Positions 51,213 to 62,160 of a stretch of DNA of 64,000 bases are shown one piece after another. The translations under genes and the position numbers were made by a program. A model generated the notes under the pieces. That model was not told the origin of the DNA and did no database searches. It worked only from the letters and a program-made list of their open reading frames with translations. The stretch is from Coniocarpon cinnabarinum. Lineage: Eukaryota. The stretch spans positions 1 through 64,000 of the forward strand of contig JAVECO010000117.1 in the NCBI GenBank assembly GCA_051942205.1, in the 5' to 3' direction. The first letter of the stretch is position 1. The number at the start of each line of letters is the position of its first letter.

Positions 51213-51573
51213 GGTCTAATGAGCTGAGTTTGGACATTCCATGACTGGATGCTGGCAGGATGTAGATGAAAGGCATTTCTAACGGATCAAGGCACAGAAT
51301 TGGTTCACGTAAAGATCATGAGTCACGAAAGGCTAGTGCGGTAGGAATTCTTGGGCAAAGTACTGCGGTCTGCATGTATAAGCATTTTATGTGACCTCAA
51401 AGAAATGTCAATGCAGTGTCACAAAGTTAAAAATAGCAGCCACGATTGATTCAAGAGTTGCGAGCTTCTGCAGCGATATAGTAATAGTCTTTCACAAGAC
51501 CAAATGATTGCAGCTGTGAGACCGGACTCTGCACGCGCTCATATCTACATCTATATATATCATCATCATCTCA

Positions 51574-53712
51574 TCATGTCGAAAAGAACAGCTTTTTGTT
51601 CTCCCTCATAGGCTGAGATCTTGGGGGCCGGCCTCTCTTGCGACTGTGAAAAGCTGTAGAGGATGTTGCGACCGGCTCATTCTGCCTGGGCCCAACTGGA
51701 TCCGAAGTCTGCTTCACGATATCCTGAATCGTGCCGCGAGAAAGACACAGGTCGATGTGCTCATTGAAAGCTCGATCGTCGGCGATCTGTGGGCGCTGAC
51801 ATATGGGACATCGCCATCGGTCTGTGTCGGCTTGCTTGTCTTCAGTGTGACTTTGTGCCTCATGTTGAGATGCTGGTGCTGGGTTTGGGAGAATCTCACG
51901 GCCGTGGCGCCGGACGCTGTTATTCTCATGATGTTCATGTCGTTGACGTTCATGCTCTTGGCTCAAAGCTTCTACCTCCTCTAGTTCGGCCTGTCGTTCG
52001 AGGCGAGCAGACTCCTCAAATTCAAGACCAGGCCAGGTTTCCCATTCCGAACCTTGATCAGAATCTTCGGACGTCGTGCGCGGATGCGGTGCGTTCTCTT
52101 TTCCCTCAGCACTATCAGGCATCTTGATGCCGAAGAACTCATTGATGTCCGTTTTCTTTGTGCTGACGAGATGCGTGCATCGCAGGCCCATCAGTCGTAA
52201 GCACAGGGGGCCCTTATGCTCGTTTGTATGATCCTTCATCACACGCTCCAAAATGGGCCACCCGAACTTGAACAAATCTTCTTTCTTCCAAATGGCATAA
52301 GGACACACAACTTGACGTGTGATGACTTCGTACGTATGTAGCTTCGCCTTGAGAACAAGCGTTCGCCCCTTGAAGCCTGTGCGCTCCATGTCTCCTTGTA
52401 ATTCTTCAGCAATCCAGCTGAGCTTCTCACGTAGTTGCTTGGGATCAGACATATCTCTGAACGTCGACTCTGTCCCAACTGATTTCCTTTCGGACTCCTC
52501 CGCAGGAGCGATGGAAGTTCGACCCAGTCCGAGATACACACTCATCAGAAACCGAAATGCCTTGTCACCGAAGAGTTTGCTCAAGTATGCTCGCTTCTCA
52601 TAAATGTCTCCACAGTTCTTGATGCCTAGCGCGTCGAGCTCTCGCTCGAATACTCGTCCGATGCCATTGACTTTACGCGTGAGTAGATTAGACATGAAGC
52701 GAAGGATCTCAGCACGTTCCGGAGGAAGCTCAAATTGACCATTGGGCTTGTCCCTGTTCGACCCGATCTTAGCCAGCATGGCATTGGCGGCTATGCCAGC
52801 GCTGATGGTGATTTTGCACTTGTTCTTCACCTCTTCACGAAGCTGAGCAACCGCATCCCAAGGTGTAATATGATTGCGTTCACAGTACTCAGTGATATTC
52901 AAATAGGCTTCGTCAACGCTAGCGCTGGAGAAGCGGGGATCGTAATCTGCAAGAATGGCTCGGACCTCTTGTGCTTTTGCGGTGTACTTTTGGAAGTTGA
53001 GCGGTAGGCAAACCAGATCGGGGCAAAGTTTCATGGCTACAAAGCCAGCCATGCCTGAACGGCAGCCAAATTTCCGCGCATGGTAATTGCATGTTGTCAA
53101 GACGCCTTTGCCGACTGCAAAAGGGACGTCTTTCAAGTCTGGCCTGTCCAATTCTTCCACTGCCGCGTAGAAAGCATCGCAGTCGATATGGACTATGGTC
53201 TGACTGAGATCGCGAGACAGCTCTAATGATTGAATGTAGTCTTCAGCGCGTCGTCTGTCGGATGTCAAGTCCAACTTGTCCAGCTGTCGTTTTCTCGCCA
53301 GGATAACGTTGATCTTTTTCGTAAGGGTGGCATCCTTTGACTCTTCCCTGTTGAAATATTTCGACCCCTTTGACGCCTCGTAAATGATCTCGGATACACG
53401 CTGTTGGTCGACATTGTCTTGCCCCGCTTTGGTCAAAGAGGGTCCCAACAGATGATATTTCAAAGTGTCGTGGTCGACTTTATCGAGGGTGGCAGGGTCT
53501 ACGCCAGCAGCAGATGCAAGGTCCTTGTCGGTGGAGATGAGATCCTTCAAGCTGCCTTGCGAAGCAGCCTCATGGATGCTACCATGGCTCGCGATCTGTA
53601 GAAGGGCTTCTTGAGAAAGTGGTTGTAGATCAAAGGCGTCATTCTCTTGTGATTCATCACTGGTGGGTGCTGAGCGATCGGAAGTCATCCTGCTCGTGCT
53701 GTGCGTGTCCAT
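51574..53712 (-). CDS. DNA polymerase kappa (Y-family/DinB), intronless
   Basis: GPSLTKAG…IIYEASKGSKYF, VHIDCDAFYAAVE, LTTCNYHARKFG, ASVDEAYL, RKSVGTESTF, LRLMGL, UBZ-like CPIC…HIDLC. Confidence 0.95.
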   Translation of the reverse strand: MDTHSTSRMTSDRSAPTSDESQENDAFDLQPLSQEALLQIASHGSIHEAASQGSLKDLISTDKDLASAAGVDPATLDKVDHDTLKYHLLGPSLTKAGQDNVDQQRVSEIIYEASKGSKYFNREESKDATLTKKINVILARKRQLDKLDLTSDRRRAEDYIQSLELSRDLSQTIVHIDCDAFYAAVEELDRPDLKDVPFAVGKGVLTTCNYHARKFGCRSGMAGFVAMKLCPDLVCLPLNFQKYTAKAQEVRAILADYDPRFSSASVDEAYLNITEYCERNHITPWDAVAQLREEVKNKCKITISAGIAANAMLAKIGSNRDKPNGQFELPPERAEILRFMSNLLTRKVNGIGRVFERELDALGIKNCGDIYEKRAYLSKLFGDKAFRFLMSVYLGLGRTSIAPAEESERKSVGTESTFRDMSDPKQLREKLSWIAEELQGDMERTGFKGRTLVLKAKLHTYEVITRQVVCPYAIWKKEDLFKFGWPILERVMKDHTNEHKGPLCLRLMGLRCTHLVSTKKTDINEFFGIKMPDSAEGKENAPHPRTTSEDSDQGSEWETWPGLEFEESARLERQAELEEVEALSQEHERQRHEHHENNSVRRHGREILPNPAPASQHEAQSHTEDKQADTDRWRCPICQRPQIADDRAFNEHIDLCLSRGTIQDIVKQTSDPVGPRQNEPVATSSTAFHSRKRGRPPRSQPMRENKKLFFST

Positions 53713-53797
53713 GCCGGCCGCGCATCTTGCCACGACAGCTCCGCAAGGGAAAGACGGAGTTCCATTTGGGTCGGGCTTGGATCGAGGGAGTAGAGAA

Positions 53798-53814
53798 ACG
53801 CGTGCGAGACGCGA
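53798..53814. promoter_or_regulatory. Paired MCB-like sites in the divergent promoter of Pol kappa and the 54251 gene
   Basis: ACGCGT 53798 and ACGCGA 53809, about 90 bp upstream of the Pol kappa ATG. Confidence 0.4.
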
Positions 53815-54250
53815 TAAATCGTGACCTGAAAGTCAAGACCGGCCGTGGTGAGGATCATGAGAGTCCGGGCGAAGAAATTAGCGTATTTGCCCCTAATCCT
53901 AGCGCATCAGTCCATGAAGCTGGGGGCTGCACACGCTGGGAAAGCCCTAAAAGCCACGCTTGTTCATCCCACAATGTAGTCATATCAGAGTTTGAAACCC
54001 TAACACGTCCCTCACTCGATCGGTCACCGCGGTGAACCGGCATTGTTTGGATCAAAATAACGCTCAATCAAGACGTCAATCGTGTGGGCAAATCGCCGGG
54101 AGAGAACTCGGAAGGATTGCGCACGAACAGGCGCTGGACATGGCATTCTCGCCCTCTCAATGTCGCATGACCGCCGTCTTCAGTCGTCATCAGCAAGTTT
54201 CAAATCCTAATCTAATGCTCGAACTCGGATAGCATCCTCGGATCTTCGTC

Positions 54251-56002
54251 ATGTCAGCGACCAAGCGCAAAGATGGTCTTCAAAATAGCCAGACGAGGCC
54301 CCTCATGCCACGTCTAGCAGCCTCTGCTCAGAGCCCGCGTCCACACCCTGCGCCAAAGTTGGCCAACTATACCTCAACTCCTCCGGTCAAGCGCGCAACG
54401 ACTTCTCAGACAACACCGACCCTCACCTCTCCGCGACATCTAGGCGAGGAGAAAATAACACCAGTGAGCCATTTCGTCAATGCAAACGTTACTCCACGGT
54501 CTTCATCTCGACGATCGCGCGCTGGTAGCTTCCAATCATCACCAGTCAACGAGACCAGCGACACGCCTAGCAAGTGGCGTCCTCTGTCTACTCAGGGCCT
54601 TGGCAGTCGGCTACACGCAAACACAATAGATGGCTTGGAGGCTCACACATCTCAATATGGCCCGGGTAAGCCCTTGCAAAATAAGCTCCAGAGCGTTCCG
54701 ATGGATGTTCACCGATCACAATCACCAGACTCGATAGACGCGGAAAGTCGCAGGCCTGAAGAAGCAGATCGGTTCTTCTACGCAAGTGAAGGCCCAGTCG
54801 TGGAGCGAATCGCGCCTAAAGTGCAACACAAGAAGAACGACAGCTTCGTCTACGCCGATGGTGCTACAGAAAACCCTGGCAAATCCCACCCAGCCGCAAT
54901 TGCGCAAGGCGACAAAAGTCTTGACACGTCGATCAGTACGACATCTTCCGCCCTTCGAAATGGCCAGTCAAAGGCTCATTCTGCCTCCAGTCTAAAGGCT
55001 ACATATGCCGCGACTCCTCCATCAGTACAATCACCACGACAGCCCTCACCTCCACGCCAAGCGTTTCACTTAACGTATCGAAAGGGCGCATCACAAATCA
55101 TGCCGCCTCAGCCTGTATCACCTTCCTTACCGGAATATGACCCTACCCGACGACGTCAGCCAAGCATCGATGACGAGCAAGCCAAACGTCAGAGCCGCAA
55201 TAAGAGTGTGTCGTCAATTGGCTCTACAGATCTCTTGTCACGTCAAGACTCAGGGTTTCCCTTCCTCTCCCTGTTCTCAATGCCAAGCTCGAGAAACTCG
55301 CCCATGCATTCACCAACGGCCGATAGCACAATGAGGTCCTCCGGGGATCGTGACAATTTCCAGACAATGGCGCCTGATCTGGAGCGAACCCAAAGTCCAC
55401 CCTCAGCTGTAGGATCCGCGGGCAGCGACCAGCAAAAGGCTGAGGCTGCGGCTTACGCGCGTCGAGAGCGAAAGATTATGGATTTAGAAATCAGTAATTC
55501 ATCCCTGCTCGTGATCAACAAATCACTGGAAAAAGAGATTCGCAAGCAAAAGGCGGAGCTAAGAAGGTTCAGACGTCTATCAAGGAAGACGAGTCTTGAA
55601 GCCATCCGCCTTTCTTCAGGACAACATTCTGTGACCACAGAAAATGACGAAGAAGGCGAAGAAGAAGTCTCAGAGGATGCTGACAGCGACAGTGAGGATA
55701 GTCAGTCGGAAGATGAGTCTCTTTTTGAAGAGCCAATGAGCCCTGGAGCAGTGACTCAAAAAGATGCACGACATCGGAATCGCGACCGTATCCGACTCAA
55801 AAAAGATCTTGCGAAACACAAGGAATTGCTGGCCGACAGTTCGCGGATGAATCAAAGCTTGAAGAAATGCATGGGCATAACTGAAGCTCTGATAAAAGAA
55901 GGTAGCAAAGCACTTGAATATAAGGTGGACTATGAGGACGTGCGGCTTGGAGGACGCATACTGAGCCCAGATGATTTGCCGGAATTTGGAGACGAGATTT
56001 AA
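54251..56002 (+). CDS. Hypothetical S/P-rich protein with C-terminal coiled coil
   Basis: 583-aa ORF; structured-looking tail ARRERKIMDLEISNSSLLVINKSLEKEIRKQKAELRRFRRL…ALEYKV…LGGRIL. Confidence 0.8.
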   Translation: MSATKRKDGLQNSQTRPLMPRLAASAQSPRPHPAPKLANYTSTPPVKRATTSQTTPTLTSPRHLGEEKITPVSHFVNANVTPRSSSRRSRAGSFQSSPVNETSDTPSKWRPLSTQGLGSRLHANTIDGLEAHTSQYGPGKPLQNKLQSVPMDVHRSQSPDSIDAESRRPEEADRFFYASEGPVVERIAPKVQHKKNDSFVYADGATENPGKSHPAAIAQGDKSLDTSISTTSSALRNGQSKAHSASSLKATYAATPPSVQSPRQPSPPRQAFHLTYRKGASQIMPPQPVSPSLPEYDPTRRRQPSIDDEQAKRQSRNKSVSSIGSTDLLSRQDSGFPFLSLFSMPSSRNSPMHSPTADSTMRSSGDRDNFQTMAPDLERTQSPPSAVGSAGSDQQKAEAAAYARRERKIMDLEISNSSLLVINKSLEKEIRKQKAELRRFRRLSRKTSLEAIRLSSGQHSVTTENDEEGEEEVSEDADSDSEDSQSEDESLFEEPMSPGAVTQKDARHRNRDRIRLKKDLAKHKELLADSSRMNQSLKKCMGITEALIKEGSKALEYKVDYEDVRLGGRILSPDDLPEFGDEI

Positions 56003-56629
56003 TGACTTCATTTTCATTGTGGATGGCGTTGTAGTCGCATAGGTAGGGCACGGCTGGTTTGTTTGCAAGAGATACCCCCTGTTTATGAGTTGGATACAAG
56101 ATGAAATTGTGAATAATGTCTCCCCTTGCTCAACGCAGTATCTGGTCTTCACCTCAAAGTTCCTCTGTCTTTTGACATTTTTTATAAGCAGCGCACACTC
56201 AATACATGTTCTCATCTGAAACACAATTTACTCCTGAAACGAGCGCCACTCGGCTAATAAAGGCACACAGAGTAGCAGGTGTGTCATGCTGTGTGACAAA
56301 ACACCTCTTGACTGGAAACACCTTGATCCTGCGAAATTGCTTCCCCTGTCAGTTTGGCTGCCTTGGTCATGTGCTCGCTCTTCTTCTTCCTGGACTCATG
56401 CACTTTTTCATGTCAACTGCATTCATTAGCTCAGTTTCCCACACGAGCTCAGAAATATCTCTGTATTGACAGAGACCTACCATCAAGACAGCTCTTTGAT
56501 ATATTAAGAATCTTTCTACGACTTCTACATCAAGCCAAAGCCTTCATCAAGGCAGAACAGACTCTCTGCAGCATACTTTGCAGCACATATCCTGTCACCG
56601 CCGCCACCACAATAACTCAGTACGAGATC

Positions 56630-57154
56630 ATGCAGCAAGTTCGGAGCGCTATGGCGGCGCCAGGCAATCGAGTGGCGCAGAAGCAGTCCCACAACCTGCG
56701 TGCTCAAGTGCGTCAATTCATGGAACAACAGGATGAAGATCTCGAAAGACTTCAATCCGAGCACAAAGACTGTGCAGAAGCCCTACAGACACAAGCTCAG
56801 CTTCGTGTCTGCAGACTCCTCCAAAAGCAGCATGAAGAGCTGAGAAAACTTCAATTAAAGGACAAGGACCGCGCCGAACTGCTACAATTACAGGCGTATG
56901 AGTTGCAGCGCACACGCATCTACGAGAACTACGAGCGTTGCGTTGCTGAATTTCCACGAGCCGAACTCCGACAGCGATTTCGTGCAGCATACGATCTCGC
57001 CATGACCAGTTTGCAGGCTCGCCATCGCAAAGCAATGGCTGCTCTCAACTCGCCGCGTTCGAATAATTCGCTTCGCCCACCTGTCAAACTTGGGAAGCGA
57101 AAATCAGAAGAGAGCGAGGATGAACCACTGCCAAAGAGACAAAGAGTGCGTTAG
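56630..57154 (+). CDS. Hypothetical coiled-coil protein
   Basis: Q/E/R-rich helical ORF from ATG 56630; bipartite NLS-like GKRKS…PKRQRVR. Confidence 0.55.
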   Translation: MQQVRSAMAAPGNRVAQKQSHNLRAQVRQFMEQQDEDLERLQSEHKDCAEALQTQAQLRVCRLLQKQHEELRKLQLKDKDRAELLQLQAYELQRTRIYENYERCVAEFPRAELRQRFRAAYDLAMTSLQARHRKAMAALNSPRSNNSLRPPVKLGKRKSEESEDEPLPKRQRVR

Positions 57155-57444
57155 GCTGGGTTCTGTGAATGTTTTGGCTCCCATTGTCGATCGACGCAAG
57201 CTCTTCGTCTTGTTTACACTAACCAGATGTATTTGTGGTGCAAATGCGTCCCGTACCTTCCACCTTGCAGCTCTGCGTTGTACCTCGATTATGGGCATGT
57301 GACTCGGGCCACCTAATTCTCACCCTGTGTACACTGTGCACATACAAATAACTCCGCTGCAACTTCACATACTAACAACAAAGTGGAATCCTGCAACTCG
57401 ACAACCCAGTCAAGAAAGCACAGCTTCCACTTGCCACCAACAAG

Positions 57445-60318
57445 ATGTCTGTTGCATACTACGCCGAGCAAAAGAAATCGCTGTACGAACTACTCTCCGT
57501 CGCCAGAACAGCCAGCTATGCCGTCATCAACGCTGCCATCACTAGGGCAGAGAGCAATCCATACTACCGGTATCGTGAGACACTTCCTGATTCAAAGCAT
57601 ATCTTGACGGATGCTTTTCGACGTAGCTGCTACGATACTGAGTTGCGCATCTTGGAGATGGAAGGTGCAAAACAAGAATGGTCGGCGCACCTGTGGTCCA
57701 ACAATACTTGCATGGTCAGGTTCTGCTATGGAGACATAGCTCAGCCGATAGAGAACCCACTCAAGTGCAAATTGAAGGATGACGAGCTCATTCAACCTGC
57801 GGTCGACCAAGACGAAGCTGCAAAGGATGCATCCTCCAGCCAGAACGCCAGCCAGGGCGCGGCCACGCAGTCACGGAGCTTTTATGAGGTCTATCATTTT
57901 GCATACTACAACTTCAAGGATGCAGATGAGCTCGAACAGTTCAAGAAGTGGCGCGATCGGCGAGATAAACGCACTCCAATCACGCAGGTCACCCGGCAAG
58001 TGCAGTCAGACGATTGGAATGCTTGGCAAAAGCACCTCGGAGCGTGGCTCAAAGCGAAAGCGAGGGCTGCAATAAAGAGAAACGCCGGCGAAAAGCGAAA
58101 GAGGGAGAATACCACCGAAAATGAAGGCGAGGCTTCTGCTGTTCACAAAAAGTCTCGAATTGATGAGATTGCCAGCAAGGTCCGCGAGACATTTGCGGGC
58201 AAGGCAAGGTCCAGTACTCCGGCGCCTCCCTTGGAGGAATCTTTAAACGGACTAATAAACCTCATCCAGCCGGCTGTGAGCGTCCCAACTGGTATGCCTG
58301 AGTCTGACAGCCCCACTGGTGAAGATGAGGAGTCAGAGTATGAGCCTCCAGAGCCCAAGGCGGCAGTTTCATCGCTTAAGCGACCGAGATATGATGAGTC
58401 GAGCTCCTCGACCGAGGCGGAAGAACCAGTGCGTAAGCGGACGAAGGGCGCCAGCTCAGTCAGCCCTCGCACATGCAGCAGGACCCTCTCTCGTTCCTCG
58501 GCGCCAGGCAAGGGCGCTTCAGACGCCGCAGACAAAGCGAAAGCGGAGCATGAGATAAGCAAAGTTTTCGCGGGTATGCCACAAGCAGTCAATGGTGTGG
58601 AGCAGAAGGAGGTCAGAGAGACCCGTGAAGCACCAAAGCAGCATGACGCAACCCCAAGCAGCAGCACAGACCGAAGCGGTGAGGAGAGCAAGACGTCTTC
58701 TGGGGAATCTGCTTCACCAGACCTCACACGAGCAACGGATAGCTCTCAGAGCTCAGCTTCTACCGCGCAAGAACCTCCACAGCAGTCACCGAAGCCTAAA
58801 GAGGTGATCAAGCTACTTCCGGGTCTTATGGAGCTGAAAAGGGAGCCTGATTCTGTACATGAAGAAGACGAGCGTTTGGCAGGAAGTGGAGAAACCACCG
58901 CACAAATGCAGGATTCAACAAGTACTGAACACTCCATCGGTGCATCATGGGCCTTGAAAGATGAACCTCCAGTAGCTCCGGATGACACGGCAGTCGATAG
59001 CAAGCACAGCAGTGAAGGGCAAACCGGAAGAGTCGAGAATGCAGTAGAGCCATGTGATGCTGCACACGATCAGGCTGCTATGCAATCCGAGAATCCCTCC
59101 AAGCATGAGCCTGAGCGAACGCCTGATCCTTCGATTAAGCAAGAAGAGGATACCGAGCAGCCGAGCACTGAAGAAGAAGACAGCGCTTCAAGTGTTACAG
59201 GGGATGCAAAAGATTCTCCTGGCATTGACGATGCATTGGACACCCACGATGCACCGCGTACAAAAGCTGGCACGCCCTCTCACACGCCCCTCAAGAATGA
59301 GCCAGAGCAGACGCCCAATCCTTCCATCAAGGAAGAAGTGGACACCGAGCAGCCAAGTCCTGGAGAGGAGACCATCTGCGCTTCAAGTGTCACAGCGGAT
59401 GCCAATGATTCTTCTGATACTGAAGATGCAGTGGACACACATGACGCAGCGCTCGGAGAGGCTAGCACACCTCCTCACACACCCGTCAAGAGCGAGCGAG
59501 ACCAGACTCCCGGTCCTTCAATCAAGCGAGAAGTGCAAAGTGTTGCATCGAGCGCCACATTGGACGTGGGATCACCATCTGCTGGCGGGAGTCCTGTGAC
59601 AACCCCAGTGGTGCCAAATAACACGACTCCCTCAACTCCTCACACGCCTATCAAGAGCGAGCAAGATCCGACTCCCAGTCCTCTCATCAAGCGGGAAGTG
59701 CAAAGTGACGCATCGAGTGCCACATTGGACGCGGAATCACCATCTGCTGGCGGGAGTCCGGTGTCAACCCAAGTTGTGGCGGACGGGACGACGCCTTCAA
59801 CCCCTCATACGCCTATCAAGGCCGAGTCTCCATTGACGCCAATCTCTCAGCTTGTCAAAGAAGAGCACAGCAAGTCCTCAAGCACTGTGCGATCATCCAG
59901 CAAGACGAGTGACGTCTCAAGCGCCACGCAGCCTTCGAGCCCATACCCCACCAGCTCCTCTCGCACTGCCGGCAGGACTCCAGAGGGAACTACTTCATCC
60001 CCCGGCACCTCTCCGAGCAGTAATATCACGAGCAGAGACGCTGCAAGCACGAACACGGAGCCAAAAAAGCGTACTCGCAATCGCTTGCCGAGTGAATACG
60101 AGCCTCCTCGGACTCGTGGCAAGCGCAAGAGGGAAGAGCAGTCTGAGAAACAAGACGGATCACGAACGGCTGACAGTGGCAAGAACGACAGTGCTAAGAA
60201 GGTGAAGCGGACTGAAGCTGGTAGTAATGTTGAGCAGCCGGCGAGCGGTGGGCCGAGTAATGGACGTGTCAAGGCCCAACCAAAGGGCAGAAGCTCGAAG
60301 AAGAGTAAAAAGCATTGA
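57445..60318 (+). CDS. Hypothetical 957-aa protein, largely disordered, with internal repeats
   Basis: Long uninterrupted ORF; globular-looking N-terminus; repeated TPxHTPxKxExxxTPxPxIKxE units; basic NLS-like clusters. Confidence 0.8.
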   Translation: MSVAYYAEQKKSLYELLSVARTASYAVINAAITRAESNPYYRYRETLPDSKHILTDAFRRSCYDTELRILEMEGAKQEWSAHLWSNNTCMVRFCYGDIAQPIENPLKCKLKDDELIQPAVDQDEAAKDASSSQNASQGAATQSRSFYEVYHFAYYNFKDADELEQFKKWRDRRDKRTPITQVTRQVQSDDWNAWQKHLGAWLKAKARAAIKRNAGEKRKRENTTENEGEASAVHKKSRIDEIASKVRETFAGKARSSTPAPPLEESLNGLINLIQPAVSVPTGMPESDSPTGEDEESEYEPPEPKAAVSSLKRPRYDESSSSTEAEEPVRKRTKGASSVSPRTCSRTLSRSSAPGKGASDAADKAKAEHEISKVFAGMPQAVNGVEQKEVRETREAPKQHDATPSSSTDRSGEESKTSSGESASPDLTRATDSSQSSASTAQEPPQQSPKPKEVIKLLPGLMELKREPDSVHEEDERLAGSGETTAQMQDSTSTEHSIGASWALKDEPPVAPDDTAVDSKHSSEGQTGRVENAVEPCDAAHDQAAMQSENPSKHEPERTPDPSIKQEEDTEQPSTEEEDSASSVTGDAKDSPGIDDALDTHDAPRTKAGTPSHTPLKNEPEQTPNPSIKEEVDTEQPSPGEETICASSVTADANDSSDTEDAVDTHDAALGEASTPPHTPVKSERDQTPGPSIKREVQSVASSATLDVGSPSAGGSPVTTPVVPNNTTPSTPHTPIKSEQDPTPSPLIKREVQSDASSATLDAESPSAGGSPVSTQVVADGTTPSTPHTPIKAESPLTPISQLVKEEHSKSSSTVRSSSKTSDVSSATQPSSPYPTSSSRTAGRTPEGTTSSPGTSPSSNITSRDAASTNTEPKKRTRNRLPSEYEPPRTRGKRKREEQSEKQDGSRTADSGKNDSAKKVKRTEAGSNVEQPASGGPSNGRVKAQPKGRSSKKSKKH

Positions 60319-61155
60319 TTTTGTACAGATACGGAGTGGGACACATAAGATTAAGTGTAAGATAGTCATCCCTGAAGTTGGATGACTGTTAGCCTGCACA
60401 AAAGTTTGGGTGAGCGATAGCCTGTACAAAAGACTCAACTAGCGATACGCACACATGAGGCTCAATTAGAGATAGGCATACATGAGACTCGATCAGGAAT
60501 AGGTCGAATAGATTTAATACACGAGCAATGGTATCTTTGAAACTTGAGCCCGTCGGTCTTTTCCTCCTTTCGCTGTATTTGCAAGAACAAGAGACTCAGC
60601 TATCCACTGTCACTAGTCATCGTCAAGGCATTAAAACAACGGTAGCATTGCAATCCTTATCGAGGAGTTGCGTCAGCTTCGCACAAGGAGTAGCAAGTGA
60701 TTTCGAGCGACGAGGTTGGCGTTTGATCGTCGGAAAGCGCAATTCTAAGATTTTGCCACCCATGATGCACAGGTGAGCCCTTGCTCGTGTCACAGTTATG
60801 TATGAACTTATGACATTTCATCAATTCGTCCATGAAGTCGTAAGGTGAAACGTAGCTGTCGCCGCGTGAATGCCCAGTCTCTGCGCTCAGCATCAGACCG
60901 ATTAGTGTCAATAATTCCGCCACATCTTCTACGTGTCCTTCATACAACAGCACAAGACTAACTCTAGCCAACCATGAATCACAAGTAGATGTAAAGCCGT
61001 GCACAATGATAACCCCCATTGCAAAGCGCCTATGCCTTGCTATCAACACTGTGCATACCATTGCCTCGCCACGATGCAATTCTTCCCGTTTCCTTTGTTT
61101 GCTCTCAAGAACCCTGAACCATCCTCAACCCATAAGACGCAAAGTACCGTGCAAG

Positions 61156-61851
61156 ATGTCTTCAGCCTCACAAAGCCTACAAGCCTACACTCAACACCGA
61201 CCGACGCCCGACTCCTCCCACCGAACCCGCCTCCAATTCCGACTCTTTCTCCAGCGTCGCTCCGCCACTCTCCTAAACTCATCCGAGTCCCAACGAAACC
61301 ACATCCAAACCCTCCGCGAGAATTTCACAAATCTGCGACAGCAATCACTCGCCATAGTCGAAGACCACGATCGCGCCGTCTCACAGCTCGTCTCCGATCA
61401 AACAGCCCGCGAAGAAGCATTGGCGCAGCATTTCAATGCGGAAATCCGGGAATGCGGACGCTTGGAAGAGAAGCAACTATCAGAGCAGATTCGGAGAGAT
61501 GTCGAGGATATGGAACAGACGTTTCGAACTCGAAAGAAAGCTTTGGCGACAATGTTTGGAGCGAGGCTTTGGGAGGTGAGGAGGGAGAGGAAGGTTGTGA
61601 GGGGGTGGTTGAGGTCTGCGCTGGGAGTCGAGCAATTGGAGAGAGATGAGAAGGGTGTTGGGAAAGGGCTTGGGATCGGGAATATAGACGTTGATGGTGT
61701 GGTGGAGGTGTTTGGGAATGCGGTCGCTTTTGAATATCCGAGGAGTGAGTCGACGGCTACCGAGGATAGTTCGCCTATTAAGAGGGCGAAGCGACGATTG
61801 AGGACGTTGGAGGAGGAGCTGGAGGAGTCTGGGTTGGAAGAGAATGCGTGA
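61156..61851 (+). CDS. Hypothetical coiled-coil protein
   Basis: ORF from CAAGATGTC; helical E/R/Q-rich composition. Confidence 0.55.
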   Translation: MSSASQSLQAYTQHRPTPDSSHRTRLQFRLFLQRRSATLLNSSESQRNHIQTLRENFTNLRQQSLAIVEDHDRAVSQLVSDQTAREEALAQHFNAEIRECGRLEEKQLSEQIRRDVEDMEQTFRTRKKALATMFGARLWEVRRERKVVRGWLRSALGVEQLERDEKGVGKGLGIGNIDVDGVVEVFGNAVAFEYPRSESTATEDSSPIKRAKRRLRTLEEELEESGLEENA

Positions 61852-62160
61852 CAGCCCTGGAGGTTGTTGAAAGAAGTTTGGATCAAGCCTCTCGCCATGC
61901 GATTGAGTCGACAGCGGTTTTAGCAGGGTCAGTCCCCTTCTTGGTGAGCTTCCTCTGCCTAGTGCCTAGCTGCCGTGCGTAACACTCACATCATTGATGG
62001 CATCACGTCACTGTGCGGTCATCATACAACTAGGAAAGTTCGGATGAATAGTGTAGACACACTGTGAGAGCGCAGTCAGTTCGTGGCCATATGAGAGCCA
62101 CTTTGTCCTTTTCATCTTATACAGTTCGCTACTCATTCCTCGCGGAGGACATCACTACCA

